Of a stretch of 64,000 nt of DNA, positions 51,293 through 63,878 are shown in pieces (within the stretch, counting starts at the first letter, position 1; each line of letters begins with the position of its first letter). Origin of the DNA: Dictyostelium discoideum (Eukaryota). Location: assembly GCA_000004695.1 (NCBI GenBank), contig CM000153.2:3456001-3520000 (forward strand), read 5' to 3'. The translations under genes were made by a program, and so were the position numbers. The notes below the pieces were generated by a model. It saw nothing but the letters and a program-made list of their open reading frames with translations, searched no databases and was not told where the DNA came from.

Positions 51293-51640
51293 CCAAATTA
51301 TATTTACCTATAATAGATATCTTTATTAAATTATATTTTCATTATTTGTTTTTTTTTTAAACTAGTAATTTCTTTGTTTGAGTTGGTTAATAAATTGGCT
51401 AATTAATAGTTGGGTATATCCAAGCTCTTTTTTTTTTTATTTATTTTTTAATTATTTTTAATAGTTTACATAAAAAAAAAAAAAAGTTTAAAAACAGTTT
51501 AATATTTCTATGTTAAAGGATATCTAAAAAGATACCTCTTTTAAGATTCTCAATTAATAAATGCAAACAAAATTTTGTGTTTCATAATTGACATTATTAA
51601 GTACATTCATGTACTTTTTCAAATAATATATTAGATTCAG

Positions 51641-51683
<43 letters not shown>

Positions 51684-51767
51684 TTGGGTTTAATTATTGA
51701 TAATTTGGGGGTAATAAACTTTTATCTGTTGATTTCCAATTAATGTGTGGTGTTTTTTTATTTTATT

Positions 51768-51802
<35 letters not shown>

Positions 51803-52065
51803 TTTTTTTTGATGGAATAATATTACATATACACCCCCCCACACACACATTACAATTTCAATTTTTATACAAAATTTCCTATTTTATATGGTCAAAATAA
51901 AAAAAAAAAATTAAAAAATAAAAAATAAAAAATAAAATTTAATATAAATAAAAAAAAAAAAAAAATACACTAAATTTAAGTATTTAAAGCAATTTAAATT
52001 TTCACTCTTTTTTTCATTAATAAAATAATTCAATAAACAAATAAAAAACAAAAAAAATAAAAAAA

Positions 52066-52104
<39 letters not shown>

Positions 52105-52113
52105 AAAAATAAA

Positions 52114-52581
52114 ATGAATTTTAATAAATTATTTGTAATATTATCAACAATATTCTTTTTAGCAACAAATTATATTAAGATTGGAGAGGCATCATGTTCA
52201 GAACAATTAGCAGGTTATTTCAATGAAAAAAATCAAAATGTTCAATTAACATTTGTTCGTCCACAAGGTGATGTAGTTTACATAAGCAATACCCTATCAT
52301 ATTATCCCTATGGAAGTTTCTTAACAAATGGTAATTCATTTCCAGCATTGTTTTCATCCAGGACCAAAACAACTCCATCAGGTGTGCAACCATTTGATAT
52401 TGATCAAAAACAAACATCATTCTATGATAGAAGTGGTATTATATTAAGACAAGATGGTTCATTATCAATGAGAGCTTTATGGTCTGGTCCATTCACTGTG
52501 AATTTAACATGTACAAATTCTGGTTCTCTTAATTATGGTATTGCTGATAATGGTTATTTAGTATCATTACAATTTAAATAA
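52114..52581 (+). CDS. Small secreted hypothetical protein, 155 aa
   Basis: This is an intact ORF with a signal peptide (LFVILSTIFFLATNYIKIGEA). Codon usage is ordinary coding-like. It is not low complexity. I recognised no domain. Confidence 0.4.
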   Translation: MNFNKLFVILSTIFFLATNYIKIGEASCSEQLAGYFNEKNQNVQLTFVRPQGDVVYISNTLSYYPYGSFLTNGNSFPALFSSRTKTTPSGVQPFDIDQKQTSFYDRSGIILRQDGSLSMRALWSGPFTVNLTCTNSGSLNYGIADNGYLVSLQFK

Positions 52582-52801
52582 AATTATTTATTAAATAAAA
52601 TTATTTATTAAATAAAAAATATAAAAAAATAAAAAAAATAAAAAAAAACAGGCTCTATTCATTAATTTATTTTTTTTTTTTTTAAATTTTTTTTTTTTTT
52701 TTTTTTTTGATTTTTTTTTTTTTTTTTTTTTTCATACATTTCATTTTTTTTTTTTTTTTTCATATATTTTTAAAGTATCGAATAAACTTATATTTATAAA
52801 A

Positions 52802-52929
52802 ATGACAGAAATTCTTAGATATTGTCAAGGTATCATGCAACGTGGTATCAAAGAATCTATTAAAACATTATATTACACAGGTGAACTCAAATTTGGTACA
52901 TTAGTTGGTGTTGATAAAGTTGGTAATAG
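52802..52929 (+). CDS. ndufa12: NADH dehydrogenase (ubiquinone) 1 alpha subcomplex subunit 12 (NDUFA12/B17.2 family), exon 1
   Basis: Exon 1 is MTEILRYCQGIMQRGIKESIKTLYYTGELKFGTLVGVDKVGN(R). This matches the NDUFA12 signature GTLVG-x-DK-x-GN. The donor GTAATG is at 52930. Confidence 0.7.
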
Positions 52930-53087
52930 GTAATGATCAGAATTCTCTTTAAAAAGTACAAAATAAAATAAAATAAAAAATAAAGAAACAGTTTAGAACA
53001 ATAGCATTTAATATCGATATATAATAATAAATTTAGCAATAGTGTAATAGAATAGTATTAGTAATTGTAATTAGTAATAGTAATAGT

Positions 53088-53330
53088 AGTAAAAGTAATC
53101 AATAATCAGTAATAGTAATAGTAATAGTAATAGTAATAGTAATAGTAATAGTAATAGTAATAGTATAATAGTAATAGTAATAGTAATAGTAATAGTAATA
53201 GTAATAGTAATAGTAATAGTAATAGTAATAGTAATAGCAATAGCAATAGCAATAGTAATTAGTAATACTAATGGTAATAGTATTAGTAATAGCAATAGCA
53301 ATAGCAATAGTATTAGTAATAGTTAAAGTA
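53088..53330 (+). repeat. (AGTAAT)n hexanucleotide microsatellite, about 40 units, intronic
   Basis: Long stretches are perfect (taatagtaatagtaatag...). Variants agcaat and attagt appear toward the 3' end. It lies inside the 582-nt intron 1 of the NDUFA12 gene. Confidence 0.9.
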
Positions 53331-53511
53331 TAATAACAAAATTAGTGATCAGAAAGTGAAACAGAATAATAAAGTGAAATAACAGCAATATTAATAAAGT
53401 GTGAAAAAAATAATAAAAAAATAATAATATTGATTATTTGCAAATTATGATTAGAATGAAAATTGATATTAATTATGTATTATTTTTATTATTTCATATA
53501 TATAAAAAAAG

Positions 53512-53650
53512 ATATTATGAAAATAGACAAGAAATCTATGGAAGACATAGATGGGTAGAATATGGAGATTACAAATCAAATGATCCAACCACCATCCCAC
53601 CAGAATATCACAGTTGGATTCACCACGTTTCTGATAAACTCCCAAGTGAA
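53512..53650 (+). CDS. ndufa12: NDUFA12 exon 2 (…YYENRQEIYGRHRWVEYGDYK…PPEYHSWIHHVSDKLPSE)
   Basis: The acceptor AG is at 53510-53511. The exon contains the NDUFA12 family core Y-Y-E-[ND]...G-R-H-R-W-V...P-P-E-[WY]-H-x-W-[IL]-H. The donor GTAAGT is at 53651. Confidence 0.75.
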
Positions 53651-53735
53651 GTAAGTTAATAAACACAATCATATACTCTAACCTTTATTTTCATTTTTTT
53701 TTAACCCTACTTTATTATTATTATTATAATTTTAG

Positions 53736-53885
53736 ATGCTTCCATTTTCACCAACATACAAAAGACCACATATTGCCAATCCAACTGGTACTGATGGTGC
53801 CTATACACCACCAAATTTCTTATTCAATATTGAAAAATCAAAAGAAGAACTTCAAAAAGAAGAAAAGAATGATAACAAACAATAA
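53736..53885 (+). CDS. ndufa12: NDUFA12 exon 3 (MLPFSPTYKRPHIANPTGTDGAYTPPNF…KQ*)
   Basis: The acceptor AG is at 53734-53735. The exon is in phase 0. The stop TAA is at 53883-53885. The assembled protein is 138 aa, typical for this subunit. Confidence 0.7.
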   Translation: MLPFSPTYKRPHIANPTGTDGAYTPPNFLFNIEKSKEELQKEEKNDNKQ

Positions 53886-54009
53886 TTTAGTATGAATAAT
53901 AATAATAAAATAATAATAAATAATATAATATATAAAAAAAAAAAAAAAAAAATAGTGATAATAAAAAAAAAAAAAAAAAAAAATAAAATTTTTTAAAAAG
54001 GGTAGTAAA

Positions 54010-56232
54010 TTAATTTATTATTTTATTTGAAAGTAATTGAATTTCATTTGGATTACCATTCAATTCTTCAATTATAATGATTGTTGCATATTGATTATTA
54101 TAGTTATTATTAAATAACCAATCTATTGGCACACTATATATTGATTGACTTGGTTTATTACAATCGATACGATAATTTGAAGGATCATATTCACCAATAT
54201 AACTATAATTCTCAATTGCTGATTGATTACAAATTGATTGAGTTGCCTCTATTAACCAATATCTACCAATTGAATATCCATTAACCCAAATCATACCTTT
54301 ATTCATGCTTGACATATCCAATGCATAAACTGTTGAACTAATATCAATTGGTAATCCAACCAATGATATATTTAATTTATACCATGTTAATGGTTTTTGA
54401 ATTAATGAGGATGATGATGATGATGGTGAAGTTTGCCAATTAATTGTATTATCGTTATTGAATATTTTAATATTTTCACCAATTAAACCAGATTTCATTA
54501 ACCATTGATTATTTGTTAAATTTTGAGAACCAATTAAAATTGAACCTAATATACCACGAGTATAATTTTCCATATGAGAAGCATAATTCTCTAAACCAAT
54601 TGTCATTGATAGAATTTGTAATTGAAAAGTTGTTGAATTATTAATTGGATTTAATTGTAATTGACATAATGATGGTGAAAATGCTGAACCTTGATATTCG
54701 TTATCAATGAAAATATGAACATAATCATAAAATTCTGTAATCGTTAAAAATATATTACCTTTCTCATTATAACTTAATGATGTAGTTGTTACATTTGTAC
54801 TATACCAACAATAATCACTTGTATCTTTTGTAATTAATAATTGTTCAATTGGTGATACTGAATTCACACTATTACCATCACCATCACCACCACCACCACC
54901 ACTGTTTAAATTAAAATCTGAAATTTGAAAAATTGATTGAATTATATTTTGATTAATTGGTTTAAAATTATTAATTGTATTATTATTGAATAATGTATTT
55001 GGTGGAATGAAAGAAGTGTCAAATAGAATTTCATTATTATAAATTATTAAAACTGACCATGGTTGAATTGTATAGGTTTGATTCATCCATTGAATAATTT
55101 TAGGTGTAGTGGATGTACCGTAATTTGTAATGAATGATAAATTTATACCATATTGATGAACTTCTATGAATTGTGATAGGAATGTTGGTGATTTTGGTGG
55201 TTGATTATTTAATAGGTCTGATTCAATTGCATGTAAAACTTGATGAAATTTTGAAGACAATGAAAATTTTGGTTCATTTGGTTGACCAAATTCATCTAAT
55301 GGTGCATCATAATCATAGGATGTGATAATCCAAGGACCACCTGAAGTTCTACCAAAATTTGTACCACCAAACCACATATAATAGTTTATCAATGAACCAC
55401 CATATGCAATGAATCTAGCATTGGAGTACAGTATATCTTGAACTGGTCTTTTTGGTTTTGCTTGACCCCAATTCTCAAACCAACCTATCCAATTCTCTGT
55501 CCAGAATGAAGGTTGATTAGGAAATTGTTCCCAATGACTTGAGATCCAATCATGGCAATAATAACCATTACAAGTGTTAATCGCACTTTCAATATCATTT
55601 TGTTGGCACATTATCCAAGGTATACCAATATTTAAACTTTTTGCAAAATCAATTGACCACTTGGCATACTCTGTCCCGTTGATACCGTATTCTTGTTCCA
55701 ACCATCCATACTCGTTTTCAACTTGTGCCAATATGATTGGACCGCCATTGGGTGCGAAATAATTGTCTAGATATTTCACAACGAATTCCATCCAAATTGA
55801 CATTTCATTCATCCATTGTTGATTATAATCTCTGTAGACAATATTGGGGATTTCTTTTAACCAAATTGGGAATCCACCATAGGTCCACTCTGCACAAACA
55901 TAAGGACCAATTCTAAGATTAACATATAAATCAAACTCTTTACATAAATCTAAAAATTTGGTTATATTTGCATTACCATCGAAATAATATTCACTCGGTG
56001 AATTTGGTTGATGAATATTCCAAAATATATAGGTATCAATAATATCAATACCTGCATCTTTACTTTGTTTCAATATAATTGGCCACATCTCTTCACTAGT
56101 TCTTGGATAATGAATTGATCCACTAAATAATAATTTTCTTTCACCATTAATTATTAATGATCTACCATCATATGTAACATTTATTATTTCATTTTTATTA
56201 TTATTATTATTTTTATTAATTGATTTACCATT
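54010..56232 (-). CDS. Beta-galactosidase, glycoside hydrolase family 35, exon 2 (mature enzyme)
   Basis: GH35 hallmarks are present: SGSIHYPR, GGPIILAQVENEYG (acid/base Glu in ENEYG), TENWIGWF...WG (nucleophile Glu region), and CHDW. It is about 740 aa with a C-terminal beta-sandwich-like region. The acceptor AG is at 56234-56233. Confidence 0.85.
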   Translation of the reverse strand, partial: NGKSINKNNNNNKNEIINVTYDGRSLIINGERKLLFSGSIHYPRTSEEMWPIILKQSKDAGIDIIDTYIFWNIHQPNSPSEYYFDGNANITKFLDLCKEFDLYVNLRIGPYVCAEWTYGGFPIWLKEIPNIVYRDYNQQWMNEMSIWMEFVVKYLDNYFAPNGGPIILAQVENEYGWLEQEYGINGTEYAKWSIDFAKSLNIGIPWIMCQQNDIESAINTCNGYYCHDWISSHWEQFPNQPSFWTENWIGWFENWGQAKPKRPVQDILYSNARFIAYGGSLINYYMWFGGTNFGRTSGGPWIITSYDYDAPLDEFGQPNEPKFSLSSKFHQVLHAIESDLLNNQPPKSPTFLSQFIEVHQYGINLSFITNYGTSTTPKIIQWMNQTYTIQPWSVLIIYNNEILFDTSFIPPNTLFNNNTINNFKPINQNIIQSIFQISDFNLNSGGGGGDGDGNSVNSVSPIEQLLITKDTSDYCWYSTNVTTTSLSYNEKGNIFLTITEFYDYVHIFIDNEYQGSAFSPSLCQLQLNPINNSTTFQLQILSMTIGLENYASHMENYTRGILGSILIGSQNLTNNQWLMKSGLIGENIKIFNNDNTINWQTSPSSSSSSLIQKPLTWYKLNISLVGLPIDISSTVYALDMSSMNKGMIWVNGYSIGRYWLIEATQSICNQSAIENYSYIGEYDPSNYRIDCNKPSQSIYSVPIDWLFNNNYNNQYATIIIIEELNGNPNEIQLLSNKIIN

Positions 56233-56427
56233 CTTTTTTTTTAACAAATATTATTAATAATAAAAAAAAAAAAAAAAAAAAAAAAAAAGAGTTAGTTTTT
56301 TTAATTTTTTGAGAATATTCTATTTTTAAAAACAAAAAAAAAAAAAGAGATTTGATCTCAGTGTGTGTGGTTTAAATTTTTATTTTTTATTTTTATTATT
56401 TTTTTTTTTTTTTATTAATTTACTCAC

Positions 56428-56490
56428 AACTAAAACAACGATTAATAATATTAACCACAATAACTGAAAGTTATTTTTAATAGTACCCAT
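56428..56490 (-). CDS. Beta-galactosidase exon 1 (signal peptide MGTIKNNFQLLWLILLIVVLV)
   Basis: The ATG is at 56490. A 21-codon hydrophobic signal is followed by a GTGAGT donor at 56427. The intron is 195 nt and AT-rich. Phase 0 joins to NGKSINKNNN...VTYDGRSL. Confidence 0.55.
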
Positions 56491-57398
56491 TATCAATATT
56501 TGTTTCTTAAAAAAATAATAAAAAAATAATAAAAAGTTACAGTGCGATTTAGAGAATTATCTTGAAAATTATTTGTAAACTGAAATGATTTTTTTTTTTT
56601 TTTTGTTTTTTTTTTTTTTTATTTTTATAACTTTTTTTTTTTTTTTTTTTATTTGATTGATCTTTTATTTGTAAATTATAAAATAATATATACTAATTTA
56701 TTTTTATTTTTATTTTATTTTATTTTTTTTTTTTTTAATTTCTTAAAAAAAAAAAATAATTAGAAAATAAAAAAAAAATAAAAAATTAAAAAAAAAAAAA
56801 TTAAAAAAACTATAAAAATTAACCAACCCCACACTTTACCACTAGGTTTACCAATTTTGTTTGGTAATTGGGTAAGTTATTTTTTTAAAAATAATATCTG
56901 GGTTGTTGTTATTTTTAAAATAATTATACATTATTGCCATTGATTGTGCATTCTTAAACATTTTTTATTTTTTTTTCTAATTTATTTTTTTATTGTGGGT
57001 TAAAAAAAAAAAAATTGTTAATAAAAACCTATTTATTGTTATTTAATATTTTCTTAAAAAATATATTATTATAATTTATATATATTTATTTATATTTATT
57101 TGTATTTTTTTTTTTTTAATATTTTTTTTTTAATATATTAATTAATTTTACTTTCACATTCCAATCAAACGGTAACATATACTTTTTTTACCCACATTCT
57201 GACCCCCACCCCTTTTCAAAAACATTTTTTTTATTTAATTTTTTTGTTTTTTTTAAATACCAAATCATAGATGATCAAAATAATTTATTTTAAAATCATT
57301 TTATTTATTTATTTTTTTTTAAAATTTTTTTTATATTTTCTTTTTTTTATCTAAATTATTTTAAAATCATTATTTTATTTATTAATTTATTTTAATTA

Positions 57399-57433
<35 letters not shown>

Positions 57434-58136
57434 GTATTATACAATTCACTATAAAAATTTGACCACACATACCAACCCAAAAATTTAACACACAAAAATA
57501 TTTATTTACCCACACTCAAATTAAACAAATCGTATGTACTCATAATACTTGAAAAAGTTCACAATCAAGAACAACAATACATAATATCAAATAATTTAAT
57601 TAATTCAAAAAATAAATTTCACACCAAAATAAAAAATAATAAAAAATAATAAAAAAATAAATTAAAAATAGAAATAAAATAAAAATAAAAAAATAAAAAT
57701 ATAAATATAAATATCACACACTTTCTCAATTAATTAAAAAAAAATAAACAAAACACCACCATACAAATATTATTATAATCAATTCAAAAATCAAATAAAT
57801 CAAAAAATAAATTAAATTAAAATAAATTTAATAAAAAAAACATATTTGCGCTATATATAAATATTTCGCTTTATATATATACAAAAAATAATAATAAAAA
57901 TAATAAAAATTAAAATAAAAAAAAATAAAAAAATAATAACAACAAAAATATTTACATATCATAAATTAATTTTTTTTTTTTTTTATTTTTTTTTTTTTTT
58001 TATTAACATTTTTTTTTAATTTTTTTTGTATTATTAATAAAATAAATATAAAAAACATAGTAAAATAGTAAAATAGTAAAATAGTAAAATCAATTTCCAT
58101 TTACTTTTTTTTTTTTTTTCTCCAAACACATAAAGA

Positions 58137-58188
<52 letters not shown>

Positions 58189-58191
<3 letters not shown>

Positions 58192-58402
58192 AAAAATAAA
58201 ATTATTTTTTTATTTTCAATTTTATTTTTTTTAAATTCTGTTTGTATGACAGTGACAAATTGTGAAGCATTAAATAATTGGTTACAAGATAAAAAAGGAA
58301 TTCACAATGGTTTCAATGTTTGTGCAAGTATTATTATTGGTGCCTTCATTGTAGGTACACCAATATTTTTAATTGTGAAATTAATTCTTGATCATGTAAA
58401 TA
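58189..58402 (+). CDS. Membrane/low-complexity protein, putative exon 1 (signal or TM N-terminus)
   Basis: The ORF is MKNKIIFLFSILFFLNSVCMT...CASIIIGAFIVGTPIFLIVKLILDHVN. A GTGAGT donor is at 58403. The intron is 134 nt and AT-rich, with the acceptor AG at 58535-58536. Phase 1 joins in frame to the long downstream ORF. Confidence 0.4.
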
Positions 58403-58418
58403 GTGAGTATCTTTTATT

Positions 58419-58468
<50 letters not shown>

Positions 58469-58536
58469 AAATTATACTTATTTTTATTTTTATTTTTATT
58501 TTTATTTTTATTTTTTAAAATTATTTAAATAAAAAG

Positions 58537-61190
58537 GTCAAAATAAAGAAAAACAACAAATTCAAGAAGCACAAAAAAGAATTAGTAAAAAGAATGAAAT
58601 GATGAAACAAAATACAACAGTGACTAATGGTGCAAGTTCACCAAAATCGACAACATCAGATTCATATAATAGTTCAAAGATGTTAAGAGAAGTTATTGAA
58701 AGAACACCATCATTAGATAAAATATTTGTAAATAATAATAGTAGTAATAATAATAATAATAATAAGAGTAATAGTTCATCAACCTCATCAACACCAGGCA
58801 ATCAATCACCATCAATAGGCGCTGGTGGGGGAGGTGGAAGTGTTGTTGACCCAAATAATACTAGTCCAAATTACTCATCACCAACATCATTATCACCAAG
58901 TTCAACAAGAAAAAATAATACAACAAAAGTTGAAAATTCATTAGTAAATTTAAAAAATAATGCAACTTTAGATATACATTCAACAGAAATTATTCAAACT
59001 TATTTAATAAAGAAAGAATGTGAACCACAATTATTAGTAGTTGATGGTGTTAATCAATTATTATTTAGTCCACCATCACCTGTTTTATCAACATTTGGTA
59101 AATCAACAATTGGTGCGAATAGTGCCAATGGTAATAGAAATTCAGAGGTTTCACCAATTTTAGAAGCAACCTTTTTTAATGGTACAGGTATCAGAAGGTC
59201 AACAACAATCATTGATGAAAATGATCCACAACAAATTCAAAATAAACAAAAGAATAAAGAATTAATTGATTCAATTGATAGTTTAATGAATGCAACTCTA
59301 ACATCATCACAACAATATCAATTACGTAAATTAAGTAACGCATCCTCAACATCTATAAACCAACATCATCATTATTCACCAAATATCCAATCTGGTAATA
59401 ACACACCAACTAGACAATCAGTATTAATTCAACAAGGTCCATTAAATACAAGTAATAGTAGTAATGGTGGTGGTTGCAGTAATCAAAATAGTGGATTTAG
59501 ACCAAAATCACTATCAATGTCACAAAATATATCATTGTTAAATTATTTATCAACAAATGTAATGCCAAAAGATTATCAATGGGGTTGTGTTGTTCAAAGA
59601 CTGTTGGAATTATTTCAATCTTATTTAATTTATACAAATAATCAAAGTTCACATGGAAAGTATACCGATAGTAGTACCACTAGTCAAGCAACATTCACCT
59701 CATTGAATCAATTTGAAATGGCAATTTCAAGCTATTCCGATGCAGAAAAGATTAAAAAGCGTATCTCCACTATCAACGATCAACGTTATTTCTCACCAAT
59801 CACATTTGAACTCTATAATAGAATAGTGCAAACACATGAATTCATTAGACAAAGTAAACGTACCTCTGAAAGGGACGTAACTGGTATCATTGGTATTTTC
59901 TCAATACTGATACCACCATTATTCAGATCAGTTTCGAAATATTATGATCAAGATTCCTCAAATCAAGATTTCCTAGAGAAGTTAAAAACTTTTGAAAGAA
60001 CTAAATTCAATTTACAAGAATTCACATCTTTATCATTGTTGGCATCTTATCAATCAAAGAAATTGGTTCATAAAGTTTCAACCTATAATTTAATTGATTA
60101 TTTAAAAACCATAACTACAATATCTTATAAAGCAAATACTTTTACAACTTTATTCCCAATCATTGATCAAGTAATGGGTATAAGTGATGAAATTGATAAA
60201 ATCTTATTTCAATCTGAAGAATTTAAAAAAGAATTATTTTTACAAACTCAACCACAACCACAACCACTACCAACTCAAATTTCTTCACCATCTTCAGGAA
60301 AAGGTACAAGAGGTTCTCAAAGTATTCCAATTGATCATGATATTTTAGATATGGTTAAATTAGATTTATTACAAAAACCACCACAATCACCACAATCACC
60401 ACAACAACCACAACAATCTCAACAATTAGAATGTGCAATTGAAATTAATGATTGCTTACCACAAACTCCAAATATTCAATCACCATCAAAACCAATTATA
60501 CCACCAATTAAAGTACAACAACAACCACAAATGTCACCACAAATTACACCAAGAACAGGTGGTGGTGGTATTAAATATTCACCAAGATTACAAACATTAC
60601 CTTCACCAAGACCATCACCAAGATTACAATTACAACAACCATCATCACCAAGACATTCACCAAGATTACAACAACCTCAAAATATTTCACCAAGACCAGT
60701 TTATGAATTCAATAAAATGGATGATGATTTAAAGTTTTTAGATTTCTTAAATACAAATAATAATTCAATTAATAGATCAATTTGTAATAAATTGGATGAA
60801 ATTGATATAAAAATTAGATCAAAACCAATAATTGACCAATCGAATAATAATAATAATAATGATTTTAATTTACAAAAACAAAAAAATATTTTATCAAGTT
60901 GTTATTCAAGTTTAGAATCTTGTTTAAATTTATTTAGTTTAACTGATAGATTCCATTCAAAATGTAAAGCTGATTCAATACCAATCATAAAATTATTATT
61001 ATCAACACTTCAAAACCTTGAAGATTATGTCGATACCGGTATCTCTATTGAGCAAATGATAACTTTAGATTTTATGGAATGGACAAATAATTATTCAAAA
61101 ACTATAACCTCTTTAAATAATACTTTAATTAAAAATTATCAAAATTTTAATAATAGTCCAAAAGTTGTTTCTCCAAATATACAATCAATA

Positions 61191-61252
<62 letters not shown>

Positions 61253-61814
61253 AAATAATAATACAAATAATACAAATAATAATTTTAATAATAATAATAC
61301 TTCAAGATTATCGAAAATTAGGACATTATCAACACCATTTGGTATACCTATCTCTGAAAATAATAATAATAATAATAATAGTAATAATGGTAGTATTAGT
61401 CCAAGATATAATAATAATGGTAGTAGTAGTAGTCCAAATATTAGTCCAAGATTAATTGGTTCAAATAATAATAATATAGAAGAGGAAGAATTAGGTATGA
61501 ATAATAATGATTGTTTAATTTTAAGAAGAATTAGAGAATTTAAAATTCCAAATGTTTTAGAAAGAAGTCAACATTTAATTGATTTATCTCAAGAGTGTGT
61601 TATGATTACAATTTTATCATCGTTTTCATTATGTTATAAAGAATTAAATAGTGTAGCTCAAAAATCACCATCAACAATCCCACAATTACCACAATTAACT
61701 GATGATAAACAAGCTACTGAATTTTTTAATAATTCTTTATCAATTTTCTTATCATCAATTAGAACAAGTATATTTTGTACAACTTTATTATTATCTCCAG
61801 TTTATTTTCCATAA
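58537..61814 (+). CDS. Large poly-N/Q/S/P-rich protein of unknown function (exon 2, about 1090 aa)
   Basis: This is a long uninterrupted ORF. It has Ser/Asn/Gln/Pro low-complexity stretches (SPRxSPRLQ repeats, poly-N) interleaved with non-repetitive blocks. I recognised no domain. Confidence 0.55.
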
Positions 61815-62038
61815 GATCAGTAAAAGAGAAAATTAAAAAAAAGATTTTTAAAAAAATAAAAAAAAAAAAAAAAAAAAACCAGAGTACCATTATGTAACAC
61901 TATGTAAATAAAAAAATAAAATAAAATAAAATTAAATAGTTTTTTTATTAATAATTTCGATGCGTGTTAATTTTATTTTACTTTAAAAAAAAACTGGATA
62001 AATTGATGTCATTAAATTAATTAATTAATTATTAATAT

Positions 62039-62088
<50 letters not shown>

Positions 62089-62235
62089 TATAAATAAACT
62101 TTTTTTTTTTTTTAATTTTCATTATTAAACAAAATAAAAAAAAAAAACATATTAAAAAAAATATAAATATTAAATATATAAAATATTTCTCTAATCTCTA
62201 ATAAAACTAAATAAAAAAATAAAAAAAATAAAAAA

Positions 62236-62697
62236 ATGATTATTAAAATTTTATTATTAATTATTTCAATTTCATTATTTTTAAATATTTCAATTGGAAT
62301 TGATGAAAATCAAATTTGGAAATCATGTGGTACACCTCAAGATATTTTTCACATCAATTCAATTGTAGTTAAACCAACACCACCAGTTAAAGGAAAATTA
62401 GTAAAAGTTAATGTTAATGGTACTTTCATTAAAGATGTCGTTGCTGGTGAAGCTAAAATCATTGCAAAGTATAATAATATTATGACATTGTATAATGAAA
62501 CCAACGATTTATGTTCACCAACTGCTCAAGCTATCATTGGAAATTGTCCATTTAAAAAAGGTCCAACCTATTTACATTCTGCAAATTTCACAATTCCAGC
62601 TTCTGCTCCAAATGGTTATTATAGTGGTAATATCTTATTAACTGATAATTTTAATAATACAATCACTTGCATTAATGTTGCTTTTAATTTACAATAA
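62236..62697 (+). CDS. ML (MD-2-related lipid-recognition) domain secreted protein, 153 aa
   Basis: It has a signal peptide. It is about 130 aa mature, with spaced Cys (C-x...C...C-P...C) and the W..C, DLC and G.CP..KG pattern of Der p 2/NPC2-like ML domains. Confidence 0.55.
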   Translation: MIIKILLLIISISLFLNISIGIDENQIWKSCGTPQDIFHINSIVVKPTPPVKGKLVKVNVNGTFIKDVVAGEAKIIAKYNNIMTLYNETNDLCSPTAQAIIGNCPFKKGPTYLHSANFTIPASAPNGYYSGNILLTDNFNNTITCINVAFNLQ

Positions 62698-63332
62698 ATT
62701 AATCAAGTATGCAAATTATTTTATTATTTTCAATAATAATAATAATAATAATAATAAATAATAATAATAATAATAATAATTTAATAATATCATATTATTA
62801 CTTTATATAAAATAAAATATAAAAAAATAAAATATAAAAAATAAAAAATAAAAAATCTGATTTTATTATAAAATTCATTATATATTTTTTCATCTTTTTT
62901 TTTTTTTTATTTTAGATCAAGATAATTAAATTGATTATAAAAAAAAAAAAAAAAAATTGATTAAAAAAATAAAAAAAACCCAAAATTAAAACAATTGAAA
63001 ATATCTCAAATATTGGGTCATTTTTCATTACTTGAAAAAAAAAATAAAAATTAAAAAAAATAAAAATAAAAAATAAAAAAAAAAATAAAAAAAATAAATA
63101 AAAAATAAATTTAATGAAAAAAAAAAAAAAAAAAAAAAAAACAAAACTATAATCCACAACAACATAGTAAAAAAACAATTCCATTAAAATAAAACAAAAT
63201 AAAAGATAAAAATAAAAAACACTTTTTTTTGATTTTGATTGTTCAACACCCACACACACAAAATATAGAAGGGAACAGTTATTTTTTTTTAAACCACACT
63301 TTTTTTTTTTCTCACACCAAACAGCGATAGGG

Positions 63333-63379
<47 letters not shown>

Positions 63380-63772
63380 TTCATAAAAGAAAATCAAAGC
63401 CAAAGAGATCCAAAACAAAAACAAAAATAGCAACAAAATAAAAATTTAAAATAAAATAAATACAAAATAAAATAAAATAACGTTCAATTATTCATCTTCT
63501 CCTTTATTAAATAATATTGTACTATTAATGTTGCGAATTTAGTTGTAATTTTTATATATATAAAAACATTTTGTTTTTTTATTTTATTTTATTTTTTTTT
63601 ATTTTTTTATTTTATTTATTTTTATTTTATATTTCTTTGTCATCCAATAATTAGATAATATTAGATTCAAATAAAACACACTTGTAATTTTACATAATAA
63701 AAACTAAATAATATATTATAATATTATATAATAAAACCAAACAAAAAAAAAACAAAAAAACAAAACAAAACC

Positions 63773-63803
<31 letters not shown>

Positions 63804-63878
63804 CAAATATCCTTGTATTTTTAATATTAAAAAAAAAAAAAAAAAAAATCCAGAAATAATAATAAAAAAAAAAAAAGA

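Noticed and set aside
52220-52420. 66-aa antisense ORF inside the 52114..52581 gene; 55574..55762 antisense in beta-galactosidase; 60433..60732 alternate frame in the long poly-N/Q gene
   Set aside because: They are nested in stronger, motif-supported or much longer ORFs on the other strand or frame.
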